Of a DNA stretch of 64,000 nt, positions 32,548 to 43,281 are shown one piece after another. Every line of letters begins with the position of its first letter. Position 1 is the stretch's first letter. The DNA comes from a virus. Taxonomy: Duplodnaviria > Caudoviricetes. The notes under the pieces were generated by a model, which worked only from the letters and a program-made list of their open reading frames with translations, made no database searches and was not told the origin of the DNA. Made by a program: the position numbers and the translations under genes. The stretch lies in the IMG/VR virus record IMGVR_UViG_3300028591_000070, positions 160,001-224,000 of that record; one strand, 5' to 3'.

Positions 32548-33105
32548 TTAGTCTTTTTTCAAATCTTCTGTGGCATCAATGGTAATTGTAATTATTTCAT
32601 CTTCATAGTAGTTGCTGAGCTTTTCTTCTTCAAATTTCTGATAAATATTTGGTGACCCAAGCTTTTCTGGATCTTCTGCTTTATATTTCACAAAATATTC
32701 ATAATGATGGGTTTTTGCAAAAGGCTTAGGTATTTTAATATATTTTCGTAATCCTCGTTTAGACTTAACCCAAGGAATGCACCAATATTTTACATCTTTG
32801 TCGTAAACATGAATCTGTGTAATATCTCCAAACTTTAAGCGTTCAATTGCATCCGATTCATCTTGACGGCCAAAAGTAGTTTTCTTATTTTTTAAAGCTT
32901 CCTTATATAAAGAAATACAAGCTGTATAAGCACTTTCTATAGTATTAAATCCAGAAAAAGTATCTTTATCCTTATCATCAAAGTGTGGCAAATTATAGGT
33001 ATAAGCATATTTTTGAATATTATCAAGTGATAAATATTTAATATCTTTAGAACTTAATTTAAGAAATTCACAGTTTTCAAAAACAATTTCAACTTTTGTT
33101 ATCAT
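32548..33105 (-). CDS. hypothetical phage protein
   Basis: 185 aa, AAGGAG SD. Confidence 0.75.
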   Translation of the reverse strand: MITKVEIVFENCEFLKLSSKDIKYLSLDNIQKYAYTYNLPHFDDKDKDTFSGFNTIESAYTACISLYKEALKNKKTTFGRQDESDAIERLKFGDITQIHVYDKDVKYWCIPWVKSKRGLRKYIKIPKPFAKTHHYEYFVKYKAEDPEKLGSPNIYQKFEEEKLSNYYEDEIITITIDATEDLKKD

Positions 33106-33114
33106 TCTATCTCC

Positions 33115-34014
33115 TTAAAAATTATAAAGCATTACATCTTTCTGTGTTGAGCGGTCTTGAGCTTTATCATGATTCATTCCATGAGGTGAAACTCCTTTAA
33201 AAGCTTTTTCAGATAAAACTAAAACTTTCCAGCCTGCATCAAAAAATGGCTTTAAATTTTTAGTATCACTGAAGTCGTCAACTTTTGTTGAACCAAATAA
33301 GCATACAGGATTTACTTTAGATTTTTCTGTTAACCAATTTACAAATCTCTCTGAGTCCCAACTTTCTGGCAAATAATCAGAATAAGTATTATCATAAGGT
33401 GGATCAACCATCAATAAACCTTTTTCAATAACCAAATCCTCATAATCATCTGGGTGTGTTTCAAACTCTTTGTTATTTACACAGGCCAATCCATTCTTTA
33501 ATGTTTCTTTAATATTATCTGCATTTACAACTTTACCATTATAAGCTTGATTAAAATACCAAGGATTACCAGGAATCTTATGGCCATTCCATCTTATTAG
33601 CGATGATGTGCAAGTGTGGTCCAACCAGAAAAATTGCATGCATCTTTGGTCAAAATCATCTAATTGATTATTAAATCTTTCTCTAACCTCAAAGTATCTT
33701 TCTTTTGAACCTATGTACCAAGCTTTTACTGATGAGTCAAACCATTCATCAAAAGTGCCATCCTTAAAATGACTATATGCTAATTCAATAAAGGTTGCAA
33801 TGAAAATGTTTTTCTCATTATAAACTAATCGGTCAAAATATGGTGCTAATTGACAAGTCAAAGAGCCAGAGCCACCAAAAATATCATATAAAGTCTTCTC
33901 ACCACATGACTTTATTACTTCAGCTATTTTTTCACCATATTTTCTTTTTGTACCCAAATATGATGATATAAATCTTGCATTTGCATTAATATTGCTCATC
34001 TTCAAATTCTCCAT
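33115..34014 (-). CDS. DNA adenine methyltransferase (Dam/D12-like)
   Basis: YLGTK, DIFGGSGS, DPPY. Confidence 0.88.
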   Translation of the reverse strand: MENLKMSNINANARFISSYLGTKRKYGEKIAEVIKSCGEKTLYDIFGGSGSLTCQLAPYFDRLVYNEKNIFIATFIELAYSHFKDGTFDEWFDSSVKAWYIGSKERYFEVRERFNNQLDDFDQRCMQFFWLDHTCTSSLIRWNGHKIPGNPWYFNQAYNGKVVNADNIKETLKNGLACVNNKEFETHPDDYEDLVIEKGLLMVDPPYDNTYSDYLPESWDSERFVNWLTEKSKVNPVCLFGSTKVDDFSDTKNLKPFFDAGWKVLVLSEKAFKGVSPHGMNHDKAQDRSTQKDVMLYNF

Positions 34015-34336
34015 CTTTTAAGATATGTACATGATAAAACTTTTCCAAAGAAGCCAAAATATCCCAAATAGCATCAATAGATGGGAACTTATCTTTTTTA
34101 CCTTTAGCTAAAACGCCAGCTATGTCTCCTAATTGTCGCCAAGCTTCAAGTTGTTTTTCCTTTGGAAGAGAGTCATAGTTTTTAAGGTTTTCTTTATAAT
34201 CTTCTTCTAAAAGGTCTAGTTCACCCTGAGGATATAATCCATTATTTTCTGCATCATCCAAAATAGCATTAAAAACAGTAATTATATTCTGAATAGATGG
34301 AGAAATTCTTTGCATAAATTCGTCTTCTGTCATCAT
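33986..34336 (-). CDS. hypothetical protein
   Basis: 116-aa ORF. Confidence 0.7.
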   Translation of the reverse strand: MMTEDEFMQRISPSIQNIITVFNAILDDAENNGLYPQGELDLLEEDYKENLKNYDSLPKEKQLEAWRQLGDIAGVLAKGKKDKFPSIDAIWDILASLEKFYHVHILKDGEFEDEQY

Positions 34337-34404
34337 ATTAAATTTAAATATTAACTACTAATTATTAAATAAAGACTAATTATTTTATAAAAGGAGAAAA
34401 ATAA

Positions 34405-35073
34405 ATGGATAAATTAGAAGCCCTTATTTCTGAAGCTCTTCAGAAGTTCCCTTCAGAAGATATTCGTGAATTAGTTGCTAAAGAAACTGGTCTTACAGTA
34501 GAGCAGGTTTCTGAAAAAATGAATGAAGCTGCTAAAGCTGCAGGTGATGACTTCCCAGCTGTAGATTTCGCTTTATTTGAAACTAAAAAAGATGGTCTTA
34601 AGGCATCAGATATGAAACAGTATACTGATGACCTTGATGGTGATGGAGATGCTAATACTGAAAGTGATAAAGAAATTGCCGCAGAAAAAGTAACAGAAGC
34701 TATTGATACTAACAAAGATGGTAAGATCACTTATAAGATTGGATATCTTCCAGAACCAAGCTCAAATAATACAGACTGGTCTGGGTTTGGTAATATTGAA
34801 TTAAGTGATGTTCCATTTGAAACTAAAACTGCTAAGATTGGTATAACAGTGGCTGATGCTCTTAAAGGATATGACTATGATAGAGCATTCACAACATATT
34901 CTAAATATGTAAATGGTACTCATGAATATACAACATCAGCAGTTGATGAGAGTGCAGCTAAAACATTGAGTGACTTCTCTAACTTCGGAGATATTTATGA
35001 TGCTAACAACACATTCTTAGCTGATGGATCTATAATCCTTCTCTATAAGGGTGCTACTGACGAAGCAAACTAA
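34405..35073 (+). CDS. acidic putative virion protein with EF-hand-like loops
   Basis: DLDGDGD, DTNKDGKIT; ACTAAT motif and AAGGAG SD. Confidence 0.7.
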   Translation: MDKLEALISEALQKFPSEDIRELVAKETGLTVEQVSEKMNEAAKAAGDDFPAVDFALFETKKDGLKASDMKQYTDDLDGDGDANTESDKEIAAEKVTEAIDTNKDGKITYKIGYLPEPSSNNTDWSGFGNIELSDVPFETKTAKIGITVADALKGYDYDRAFTTYSKYVNGTHEYTTSAVDESAAKTLSDFSNFGDIYDANNTFLADGSIILLYKGATDEAN

Positions 35074-35082
35074 TTATCTTAT

Positions 35083-35832
35083 ATGAAGATAGATATTGTA
35101 GTTTGTTTTTGTGATAAAGACTATACTTTAATTGATAGATTTTTAAGCTATATTAAAAGATTGACATTTGATTATCAGCTTACTTTAATTGATAATCGCG
35201 TTGATAAAAGTATTGATTTACATGAAAAATTAGCAAATTATAATTATCTTATACCCGAAAAAGATAGAGGTTTATTTGAATCTCGTCGTTATGGATTTGA
35301 GCACACCAATAATGATTTTATTTGGTTTGTTGATATCGACGACGAGATTTTTGATTTTGAATTAAATATCCAACCTACTGATGATATTGTTCTTTATAAT
35401 TTTAGGGTTCATGACTTAAATAAAGACATTATCGGCAATAATGAAAGATGTTATACTAATCGAATATATAAAATAGACCCAAACAATGATAGCCAAGTTG
35501 GATATGTCAATTATTATTTTATGCATGATGGTATATGGAATAAAATTTTTAATAGAAAAACCCTTAAAAAGTGCTATGACTCTATTCCATTTTTAGAAAA
35601 CTTTTTTATTTATGAAGACCTTTTCTTAGAAAAACACTTTTCTTATTTTGCATCAATTTTTAGAACTGATACTCAATATATTTATCAGTGGAATATGACA
35701 ACCACTTATGAGATTAAAGACCATATGGAGGATGGCGAAAGGTTTTATAACTTAATCGCCAACCCAAAATTAAAAAAAGAATATAGAAAATATCTAGATT
35801 TAATTTATATCCAACTAGACTCTGAAAATTAA
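35083..35832 (+). CDS. glycosyltransferase family 2
   Basis: LIDN, GLFESRRYG, WFVDIDD, WNKIF, YED. Confidence 0.85.
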   Translation: MKIDIVVCFCDKDYTLIDRFLSYIKRLTFDYQLTLIDNRVDKSIDLHEKLANYNYLIPEKDRGLFESRRYGFEHTNNDFIWFVDIDDEIFDFELNIQPTDDIVLYNFRVHDLNKDIIGNNERCYTNRIYKIDPNNDSQVGYVNYYFMHDGIWNKIFNRKTLKKCYDSIPFLENFFIYEDLFLEKHFSYFASIFRTDTQYIYQWNMTTTYEIKDHMEDGERFYNLIANPKLKKEYRKYLDLIYIQLDSEN

Positions 35833-37739
35833 ACGTACCAAACAGATGGAGTTCTTTCATAAACTGTGGCAGTTCTATCATAGTCAATAATTTCATCATC
35901 TTCTTTTAAATCTTCAAAGTTTACCGAACCTCTTTGAGTAATAACTGCTAGGTATTCTGAATTATTCCAAACATTTCCTTTATCATCTTCAACCTCAAAT
36001 CCTTCGCGATTATAAGGTGAACAGAAGAAGCGTTTCATATAATCTGCGATTTCTCCACGAGCTGGTATTTGTTGGAAGTTTGGATCATTCATTGCATGTC
36101 GCATACTTGTTGTACCAAAAGCATTACAAGATGGATGAACTCTATCTGTATTATCATCATTATGGTGAACAACACAATCTCCCCAACCAATAATAAATGC
36201 ATTTCTTGCAACATTCAAAGAACGGAATCTTTTAAGAATATCAATTCCAGGTTTATTTAAACGTTTATATTCAGTCAAAGCAGCATCGGATGTTGGATAA
36301 ACACCTGTTTTTGCTCTTTCACCTACACAAGGCCAGCCTAATTTTTCAAAAAGTTTTCCAAGCTCAACAGTTGAAGTAAATGGGAACTGAGGAGAAACAC
36401 CCCAAATCTTGGCCATTTCTTTTTTACATTCTTCAATTTTCTGCTGAATTTCTTTATCAGCAAAATCCATATAAGGCTTATCAAAGAATACACCATTTAA
36501 TTCATTATCAATACAAGCACAAAGATTTGGCATCATAACTTCTTTATACCATCTGTAAATTGTCCATTCTGGGATTTTTTCATTTGGCATAATTTCATCT
36601 ATATGATGACACCAGGCATCCATAGCTACTTGCTGGCGCCATGTTGAAATAGGGTCCATACCAGCATATTCTTTAAGAATAGGGAATACAATTTGGAGAT
36701 ATGATGTTACCTTCATCTTTTTCTTAATTTTATCCAAGGCATCATCATATCCACCAAGACTTCCGCACCAGAACCATGTTCCAGGTTTCAAACCTTTTGG
36801 TCTATAACTACACATAGCATGTGATAAAAGACAAGTATCATCTGTTGGATAAACACCTTTTACTCCATTTACGAATAAGAACCTAATATCAAATTTACCA
36901 TTGGCTAAAGTAAGACGCTTTGCAGATTTTAATACTTTTGTAAACTTTCGCTTATATACTCTTAAATCAGACCAGCTAAAGAAATATCCAATTTGGCCAT
37001 CATTACAAAGCTGAACTGTTCCTAATTGATCTTCCCAACAATTGAATCCACCTGTTTCAGTATCGAGCGCAAGTAATTCTGAGTTCATCAAACTATCTAA
37101 AACTTCATCAATTTTATCAGGGTCGACTTCAATCACAATTGGGTCTCTTGTATCTAATCCATTTGTGGTAAAGTCGTCATCTTTCATCATAGCCATATGC
37201 TTTCTAAAAATACGAGTATGCATATTGACTACATCTGTTGAGTTTAATTCTTTATATGGATAAATTGCATTAATTGAGTTTACAGGATAAATCCATTTAT
37301 CTGGACCACCAACAAATTTAGAGCCACAAAAATAACGAATTGGAGCAAATAATTCATCTGTAAAATCAAAATAACTAATGTCTGCTGATTTATTTAAAAG
37401 ACGAATTGCCCAACCAAATGAAACAATGGCTGAACATTCTTTTTGCTGATAGTTAAGGTATTTTCTCCACTGAGATTCTTTTGCCATCAAATCTGTTGTT
37501 GATGTTTCTTCAAGTTTATCATAATCAACACAAGAGAGTGCGATATAAGAATCAATACCAATTACTTTCAAATCATTTTTAAGATTCTGAATAACTCTTT
37601 TATCTTTTTCAGCCACATCCAAAAGAAACATAAAAAATGTGGGTGATTCTGGGTTGATATTATCAATAATTAAAATATCTGATTTTTCTTTTTGTAAGTC
37701 TTTAATTTTTGTATTTACATTTACATGTCCGAAGTTCAT
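35829..37739 (-). CDS. family A DNA polymerase, N-terminal fragment (3'-5' exonuclease, thumb, start of palm)
   Basis: ALDTETGG, NGKFD, YAGMD, RVHP, PNFQQIP; ends before motif A. Confidence 0.88.
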   Translation of the reverse strand: MNFGHVNVNTKIKDLQKEKSDILIIDNINPESPTFFMFLLDVAEKDKRVIQNLKNDLKVIGIDSYIALSCVDYDKLEETSTTDLMAKESQWRKYLNYQQKECSAIVSFGWAIRLLNKSADISYFDFTDELFAPIRYFCGSKFVGGPDKWIYPVNSINAIYPYKELNSTDVVNMHTRIFRKHMAMMKDDDFTTNGLDTRDPIVIEVDPDKIDEVLDSLMNSELLALDTETGGFNCWEDQLGTVQLCNDGQIGYFFSWSDLRVYKRKFTKVLKSAKRLTLANGKFDIRFLFVNGVKGVYPTDDTCLLSHAMCSYRPKGLKPGTWFWCGSLGGYDDALDKIKKKMKVTSYLQIVFPILKEYAGMDPISTWRQQVAMDAWCHHIDEIMPNEKIPEWTIYRWYKEVMMPNLCACIDNELNGVFFDKPYMDFADKEIQQKIEECKKEMAKIWGVSPQFPFTSTVELGKLFEKLGWPCVGERAKTGVYPTSDAALTEYKRLNKPGIDILKRFRSLNVARNAFIIGWGDCVVHHNDDNTDRVHPSCNAFGTTSMRHAMNDPNFQQIPARGEIADYMKRFFCSPYNREGFEVEDDKGNVWNNSEYLAVITQRGSVNFEDLKEDDEIIDYDRTATVYERTPSVWYV

Positions 37740-37757
37740 GTAAATGATATTAACTGA

Positions 37758-38150
37758 TTAATCAATCTTATCAACAGAATATTTTATTCTTTGTACACCT
37801 TTTTTATTTGTATAAATACGTTTTGTATAATAAACTTTTACAATATCGCCTTTATCATATTTGCCATAATAATAAGAGCTATCATATCCAATCTCAATTT
37901 CTCGGCCATCTTCTCGCATATACTTAAAATATACATCATCTTTAGACGGAATTGATGTTGGCATCCATCTGTAACCCATTTTTCCATCAGGTTTAAGGCC
38001 ATAAGAATATCTTAATTCTGTTCTGCCATCTTCATGGTATTTTGAAGTAACAATACCTTCTGAAACAAAGCTCTCTTGATAAGAGAGTTCTTCACATGAA
38101 ATAAATAATAAACTTGTTATTGCAATAACAATAAAAAATAATTTTTTCAT
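37758..38150 (-). CDS. putative lipoprotein
   Basis: MKKLFFIVIAITSLLFISC. Confidence 0.75.
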   Translation of the reverse strand: MKKLFFIVIAITSLLFISCEELSYQESFVSEGIVTSKYHEDGRTELRYSYGLKPDGKMGYRWMPTSIPSKDDVYFKYMREDGREIEIGYDSSYYYGKYDKGDIVKVYYTKRIYTNKKGVQRIKYSVDKID

Positions 38151-38563
38151 CGATATCTCCTTATTAAACCTGTGGTACCAACTTTACCATAGTCTGCATT
38201 CACAAATCCCATTAAAAATAAAATATAATTCTCATCAAAAAAGTGTTGATTACAAACTTGTATATGCATTAAGCCAATATGACCATAATGATAGTAGTCT
38301 GATGCAAAATTATCTTCTGACCTAACAAAGCCTTTGCATGCATCAAAAACTGGACGTAATTCTCTATGAATATAAATATTGGAAATGTTAAGAGCTGTTG
38401 CAAATTCTATAAACTTAGGTTCAAATGCTATTTTAATAAAATCTGAAAAATCCCGTCTATCTAGTTGGGTTAGATCAAAATGAAATGGCTGTATATAAGT
38501 TATTGCTTTTTTAAAACCTTGCGTTAGAAAATGCTCTTTCTCTTGAGTCCATATAGTGTCCAT
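38147..38563 (-). CDS. hypothetical protein
   Basis: 138-aa coupled ORF. Confidence 0.7.
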   Translation of the reverse strand: MDTIWTQEKEHFLTQGFKKAITYIQPFHFDLTQLDRRDFSDFIKIAFEPKFIEFATALNISNIYIHRELRPVFDACKGFVRSEDNFASDYYHYGHIGLMHIQVCNQHFFDENYILFLMGFVNADYGKVGTTGLIRRYR

Positions 38564-38564
38564 A

Positions 38565-39254
38565 TTACCATCCTAGTTTTTTATCAGGATTTTTTGCACG
38601 AACTAAAGTAATTTTATAAGGCTCAATACCATTCACTCTTGTTTCAGTAATTTTGTTTACCTTTTCTATAGTAACATATTTAGAATCTTTTCTCGTATAA
38701 GCAATATAATCTCCCATCTCAATTGGAATCTTATACCTATCTAAGTGAGTAGCTTGTTCATCACGCCATTCTTGTACTTCTTTTGGAAGAGATGTCCATT
38801 TATTTTTAGCATCATACCAGTGATTAAAGCTATAGCCATCTAAATTAAATTTGTCAAAAACAGCATTAGTTAAAGTATTGCATCTGTCCTTCAAAATGGT
38901 TTCGCCATCTGTATTACCTACAGCAGCTCTAACAGTGGTTACCCAACCATAGACTCTTGGCAAATGTTCGTCATCAACATGCCAAAGATTTTTTTCTATT
39001 TCAAAAAAGCCACTTCTAGTAATAGCTCCTAATACTTTTTCTTTTTTGGCTGAGAAATGTACAACTTCATTTTCATAAAAACTAGAGGAACCAAGTGTTG
39101 CATAAAACTCATGGTCCATAAATAAAGAATCATCTGGCTCTTTCTTTGTATAAAACTTTGCTTCGCGATAAAATGCTTTATTAAGAGAATTTAAAATAGT
39201 AATTTGTTTATTCCAATCTTTCCAAGGAATAAAGTGAGCTGTAAATTTGTCCAT
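38565..39254 (-). CDS. hypothetical protein
   Basis: 229-aa ORF, apparently leaderless after GTATATTCT. Confidence 0.78.
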   Translation of the reverse strand: MDKFTAHFIPWKDWNKQITILNSLNKAFYREAKFYTKKEPDDSLFMDHEFYATLGSSSFYENEVVHFSAKKEKVLGAITRSGFFEIEKNLWHVDDEHLPRVYGWVTTVRAAVGNTDGETILKDRCNTLTNAVFDKFNLDGYSFNHWYDAKNKWTSLPKEVQEWRDEQATHLDRYKIPIEMGDYIAYTRKDSKYVTIEKVNKITETRVNGIEPYKITLVRAKNPDKKLGW

Positions 39255-39267
39255 ATATAGAATATAC

Positions 39268-39966
39268 CTATTTTAGTATTATTTTTTCACCAAATAAAGC
39301 TTTATCATGTCCAAAAACAGCTATTACTTTATAGCATGAGTCTTTTTCATCTCTATAAATACCATGCATATAAGCTACACAATCACACCACTTTTTATAA
39401 GAGTCAGGAATTTTAATCTTATCTATAACTTCAACTGGTCCACCAGCATCTGCTTGATGTCTAACTTCCAAATTGTAATAAGAAAAACCAAAACTATCTT
39501 TGTAAGGTTTAGTCATATGGATAGTAATGGCATGCTTAAAACCTTTTTTATCATGAAACTCATAGAGATGATAGCAATCTTTTTTCTTATAGAAAGAAAG
39601 AGTGAATGTTACAGTTCCATCATCTGTATTGATAATATCATTTATATTACTTCTTGCAAGTTTAAGCCTTAATTTAGACTTAATCTCTGGTTTTCTATAA
39701 AAAGGCTGTTGTGGCATAATACTATAAGGAAGATATACATGGTCACCATATGCAATTTCTGGCGATGTATCAACACCTTTTTTCACACAAAGAAATTCAC
39801 CTTTTGGGACAAAATCACTTTCCACTATAGAAGTACCTTTTAATTTTAATTGTTCTATAGTATCTTCCGATATGACTTTTTTAGTCTCTGGATGCATTAC
39901 TAATGTATTAGACTTTGACTCTTCATCTAAGAGTCCATCAAATAATTTATCAATCTTTTTGCTCAT
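39268..39966 (-). CDS. hypothetical protein
   Basis: 232-aa ORF with GGAGG SD. Confidence 0.75.
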   Translation of the reverse strand: MSKKIDKLFDGLLDEESKSNTLVMHPETKKVISEDTIEQLKLKGTSIVESDFVPKGEFLCVKKGVDTSPEIAYGDHVYLPYSIMPQQPFYRKPEIKSKLRLKLARSNINDIINTDDGTVTFTLSFYKKKDCYHLYEFHDKKGFKHAITIHMTKPYKDSFGFSYYNLEVRHQADAGGPVEVIDKIKIPDSYKKWCDCVAYMHGIYRDEKDSCYKVIAVFGHDKALFGEKIILK

Positions 39967-40978
39967 CGTCTTCCTCCTCCTTAGGATAAACTACAGTTGC
40001 TGTTTCAGGGAACTCAAGGCCTGATGCAGCTGAAAGTGGACATAAATCTGGATGTCCACAATATTGGCAATATCCACAACTAAATGAAATATTTGCATTC
40101 ATTTTGGGGTCCATTGCTTCCCAATCTTTTGTCTGGTCATCTTGAATCACTCTCTCAAATGCTAACAAAGTATTGTTATAATCATCTGCAGAAAATTTAT
40201 ACTCAATAACATCTTTAAGCATACGAGCAGTAACTTTCTCATCTGTGGCCATTCTTGTTTTAATACCCACAAGTGGATAGAAGAGATAAAACTTAAAATT
40301 GTCAATAATGTCCTGTGCTGAATATCCTAATTGTTTTCCAATCATATATCCATACAAGAGCAATTGATTTTCATAACCTTCAAGATGAACACTTGAGCCA
40401 GTTTTATAGTCGTAAACTCTTACTTGAGCTTTACTTACAATTTCTTTGTCTTTAATAAATTCTCTGTAAGGTGTGTTGTCTCCTGTTTTAGGATCACCTT
40501 GAATAAATTCATATTTTACCTGAGCAAGTCCATTTCCTAAGTTTATAAGATTTTCGTTAATTTCATTTGTCTTAATAACTGGACCCTTAAAACAGAGAAC
40601 GTCGATTGCTCCACATAAAGGAGCTCCACCAATTGAAGAGTTTTCCCAATGCTCTTTAAATAATTCATAGTGCTGATTTTTTACCAAATCAACGACGTAT
40701 TTCTGCCACCATTTATAAAATATTGGAAATGATCTTTCTACTGGATATTTTTCCTTATCATAAGTATGTTCGTCAAGAGTTTTAAGACCTCTTTCTGTAA
40801 TTTGTTCTAAGGTATCATCAACAGATGTTTCTTCGGCGATCTTATGGAATGCAAGACCCTTTTGTTGTACATCAAATTCCCGTCCTTCAATTTTAATACC
40901 TTGAATATAAGCTAATTTGTACTTCTGTAGACAGCTAGAACGACAGCTAAATCTAGAAGCTGAATATTTGTTTGACAT
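39950..40978 (-). CDS. PD-(D/E)xK nuclease (RecB/Cas4-like, Fe-S)
   Basis: N-terminal C, G..FH...E, GAID, DYKTG, QL..Y, C-terminal CGYC..C. Confidence 0.85.
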   Translation of the reverse strand: MSNKYSASRFSCRSSCLQKYKLAYIQGIKIEGREFDVQQKGLAFHKIAEETSVDDTLEQITERGLKTLDEHTYDKEKYPVERSFPIFYKWWQKYVVDLVKNQHYELFKEHWENSSIGGAPLCGAIDVLCFKGPVIKTNEINENLINLGNGLAQVKYEFIQGDPKTGDNTPYREFIKDKEIVSKAQVRVYDYKTGSSVHLEGYENQLLLYGYMIGKQLGYSAQDIIDNFKFYLFYPLVGIKTRMATDEKVTARMLKDVIEYKFSADDYNNTLLAFERVIQDDQTKDWEAMDPKMNANISFSCGYCQYCGHPDLCPLSAASGLEFPETATVVYPKEEEDDEQKD

Positions 40979-41050
40979 GTTATAATATTAACTAAAAAGG
41001 GACCTATCTCTAGGTCCCCAAATGAGTAAAAATTATAATTCTTTTATTTA

Positions 41051-41338
41051 TTACTTCAGGTACATTCTTGCTCGAGTTCTCCAGCAATTAGTGTTACCTT
41101 CATAATCAATTTGATGTGAAGACTTGTTATCATAAACAATCTTCATATTAGAATATTTTGTAGGAAGATTAGCACTAAACAATGCTGAACCAACCATACC
41201 TTCAATTACAACTTCCAAATCAAAAACTTTTGGAGAAACTTTATTAAGTCTCAACTGATGAAAATCAACACCACGGCAATTTTCATCAACAACTTTCATC
41301 AATTTGGCATGTAATTTTTCGATTAATTCCTTATGCAT
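41051..41338 (-). CDS. hypothetical (putative early) protein
   Basis: GAGGTAAATA leader. Confidence 0.75.
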   Translation of the reverse strand: MHKELIEKLHAKLMKVVDENCRGVDFHQLRLNKVSPKVFDLEVVIEGMVGSALFSANLPTKYSNMKIVYDNKSSHQIDYEGNTNCWRTRARMYLK

Positions 41339-41387
41339 AATATTTACCTCTTATATAGATAATACTTTTTTGCAAGGAATTATTCAA

Positions 41388-42002
41388 TTATTTCTTAAGT
41401 CCGGTGCTCCCGAAGCCATTTTCTCCACGATTAGAATTATGATCTTTATAGAACTCTTCAGCAGTTGTCTGATTCTTCATATCCTTAAACTTTTCGATTG
41501 ATGAGTCATACCAAACATCTAAGTCATCTGCACAATACTTCTCTGGAACTCCCTGAGCAAGCTTCTGTCCAAACTCAATAATGCGTGATGAGTTAGAGTT
41601 ATTAAATACATGGATATGAATAATTCCTTCATATGTTGAGTCGATAACTTCTGCACCAACAACAAGCTTCTGCTTTGTACAAACACCAGATTTGTTAGCC
41701 ATACGAATATACATTCCTTCTGGAATACGAGACTTTACATATGTTGGAATAAGCAAATCTTCATGAGCTGGAAGAACAATAAATCCTGCCTTATTTGGCT
41801 CATTCTTGAATTCTTCTTCTGTGAGTGGAACCATCTGAACTTGATATTTCATAGGCGCACCTGGATTTTTGTCTGTAAGGTCTTTCAAAAACTGCTCACT
41901 AAAGTTTGGTACGAAGAAATCAATTCCTGCATCACCTTTAGCACGCTGTGGAGCCTTTACATCTCCGCAAACAAACAACTTAATGTCTGATGAATTTTCC
42001 AT
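41388..42002 (-). CDS. dut: dUTPase
   Basis: AGIDF, NKSG, VIDSTYEG, KLAQG, RGENGFGSTG. Confidence 0.93.
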   Translation of the reverse strand: MENSSDIKLFVCGDVKAPQRAKGDAGIDFFVPNFSEQFLKDLTDKNPGAPMKYQVQMVPLTEEEFKNEPNKAGFIVLPAHEDLLIPTYVKSRIPEGMYIRMANKSGVCTKQKLVVGAEVIDSTYEGIIHIHVFNNSNSSRIIEFGQKLAQGVPEKYCADDLDVWYDSSIEKFKDMKNQTTAEEFYKDHNSNRGENGFGSTGLKK

Positions 42003-42029
42003 TCAATATTCTCCTATTTTTAATTTATA

Positions 42030-42806
42030 TTAACTTTTGCTATAATTATCTTTAAGTCTATTTACAAACTCTAATTCAAGCATTTCAATTGCATTGAGTT
42101 CTTTTTTAGATTTTGCAATATTCTTGAGATATTGCTCTTTAATGTGGCGATTACGAGGCTTCTTAAGACACAACTCTAAATAAAGAAGTGCCTTAAACAA
42201 TAGGGAATTATTGCCAACCACATCTTCATAGTCTTTTAAGATTTCCTGAATAATCTCATAAGGTGTAGACCTTAATCTAACAGAAGGATCACTATTCTCT
42301 TCACCATATAGTGTTTGTGCTCCAAATCTCTGCTGGTCATCAATAAAACTATATTCAGTATCTCCATTATTAAATGAAAAATCCAAAGAAAGAGTCTTAT
42401 CCTCATTCTTTGGACGATATAATACTTCAATAATCTTATAATTCAGATAACCTGCAAATGAAGCACCTACAAAAAACTCATAATTTATAACATAACAGCT
42501 CAAAAAAGCTGTAGTTGCTTGCAAAGCTTTCTCATAAACTTCTTCTGGCTCTAAGAAAGTTTTACTTTTGAGTTTCTGTAAGATTAGTGATTTTGAATAG
42601 CTGAGTAATACATCAAATAAAGCTGTCCATGCTTTAGAACGATCTTCAGGAGTATTAGCCATAAAATAATCATATTGATAAGCAAAACACTGTTGTTCTG
42701 TAGGAGGCTTTGTTTTAATGTCATTGATTAATGTTTTAGTATAAACTTTTTTAGCCAGCTTTTTAAGGTCTGGCTTTGGACTCTCAAAATAATTTACTAC
42801 ATCCAT
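42030..42806 (-). CDS. hypothetical protein (possibly divergent sigma-like)
   Basis: 258 aa; helical, SFAGYL..KI..and LSLD segments weakly recall sigma regions 2-3. Confidence 0.55.
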   Translation of the reverse strand: MDVVNYFESPKPDLKKLAKKVYTKTLINDIKTKPPTEQQCFAYQYDYFMANTPEDRSKAWTALFDVLLSYSKSLILQKLKSKTFLEPEEVYEKALQATTAFLSCYVINYEFFVGASFAGYLNYKIIEVLYRPKNEDKTLSLDFSFNNGDTEYSFIDDQQRFGAQTLYGEENSDPSVRLRSTPYEIIQEILKDYEDVVGNNSLLFKALLYLELCLKKPRNRHIKEQYLKNIAKSKKELNAIEMLELEFVNRLKDNYSKS

Positions 42807-42836
42807 AGTTAATAATACTATATTAACATAGAATTT

Positions 42837-43055
42837 TTATTTAACCTGAATAATCTCTAATTTATAGTCTGGATGCTCTTTTGAAGCCTTATCTAGTGTC
42901 CGCTGAGCTTGAGAATATGTATAATTTCTTCCACCTAATATAGAATTATTGGCCTTATTTTTTACTAACCATATATGTGTTTCACCTAATGGACCTAAAT
43001 CATCTAATCCAAATAGGCTATCTAACTCATCTTGCTTAATTGATACGTTATCCAT
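42837..43055 (-). CDS. hypothetical protein
   Basis: 72-aa coupled ORF. Confidence 0.65.
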   Translation of the reverse strand: MDNVSIKQDELDSLFGLDDLGPLGETHIWLVKNKANNSILGGRNYTYSQAQRTLDKASKEHPDYKLEIIQVK

Positions 43056-43281
43056 TTCTGTTTAAATTAGTTTCCATAAGTAGTTTACTAGCTTTTATTT
43101 TAATTCCCAAACTATAATAAGGATTTACATTAATATATTGACAAGCTTCTTCGGTTGTTAACTTAAACTCATTCATTATGAATTCAACTGTTTCTCGATA
43201 GCACTGTCGGTAAACTTCTATTTCTTTAGGTGTCATGCTAACTCCATCTATGAGTATATCCATGTTTTTTCTTGCATTCAT
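43048..43281 (-). CDS. small paralog family protein (F.LT.EEA..Y)
   Basis: EFKLTTEEACQY. Confidence 0.72.
   Translation of the reverse strand: MNARKNMDILIDGVSMTPKEIEVYRQCYRETVEFIMNEFKLTTEEACQYINVNPYYSLGIKIKASKLLMETNLNRNG

Noticed and set aside
39950-40978. CRISPR-Cas system from the Cas4-like nuclease
   Set aside because: No array or other cas genes; standalone PD-(D/E)xK nucleases are common in phage replication regions.
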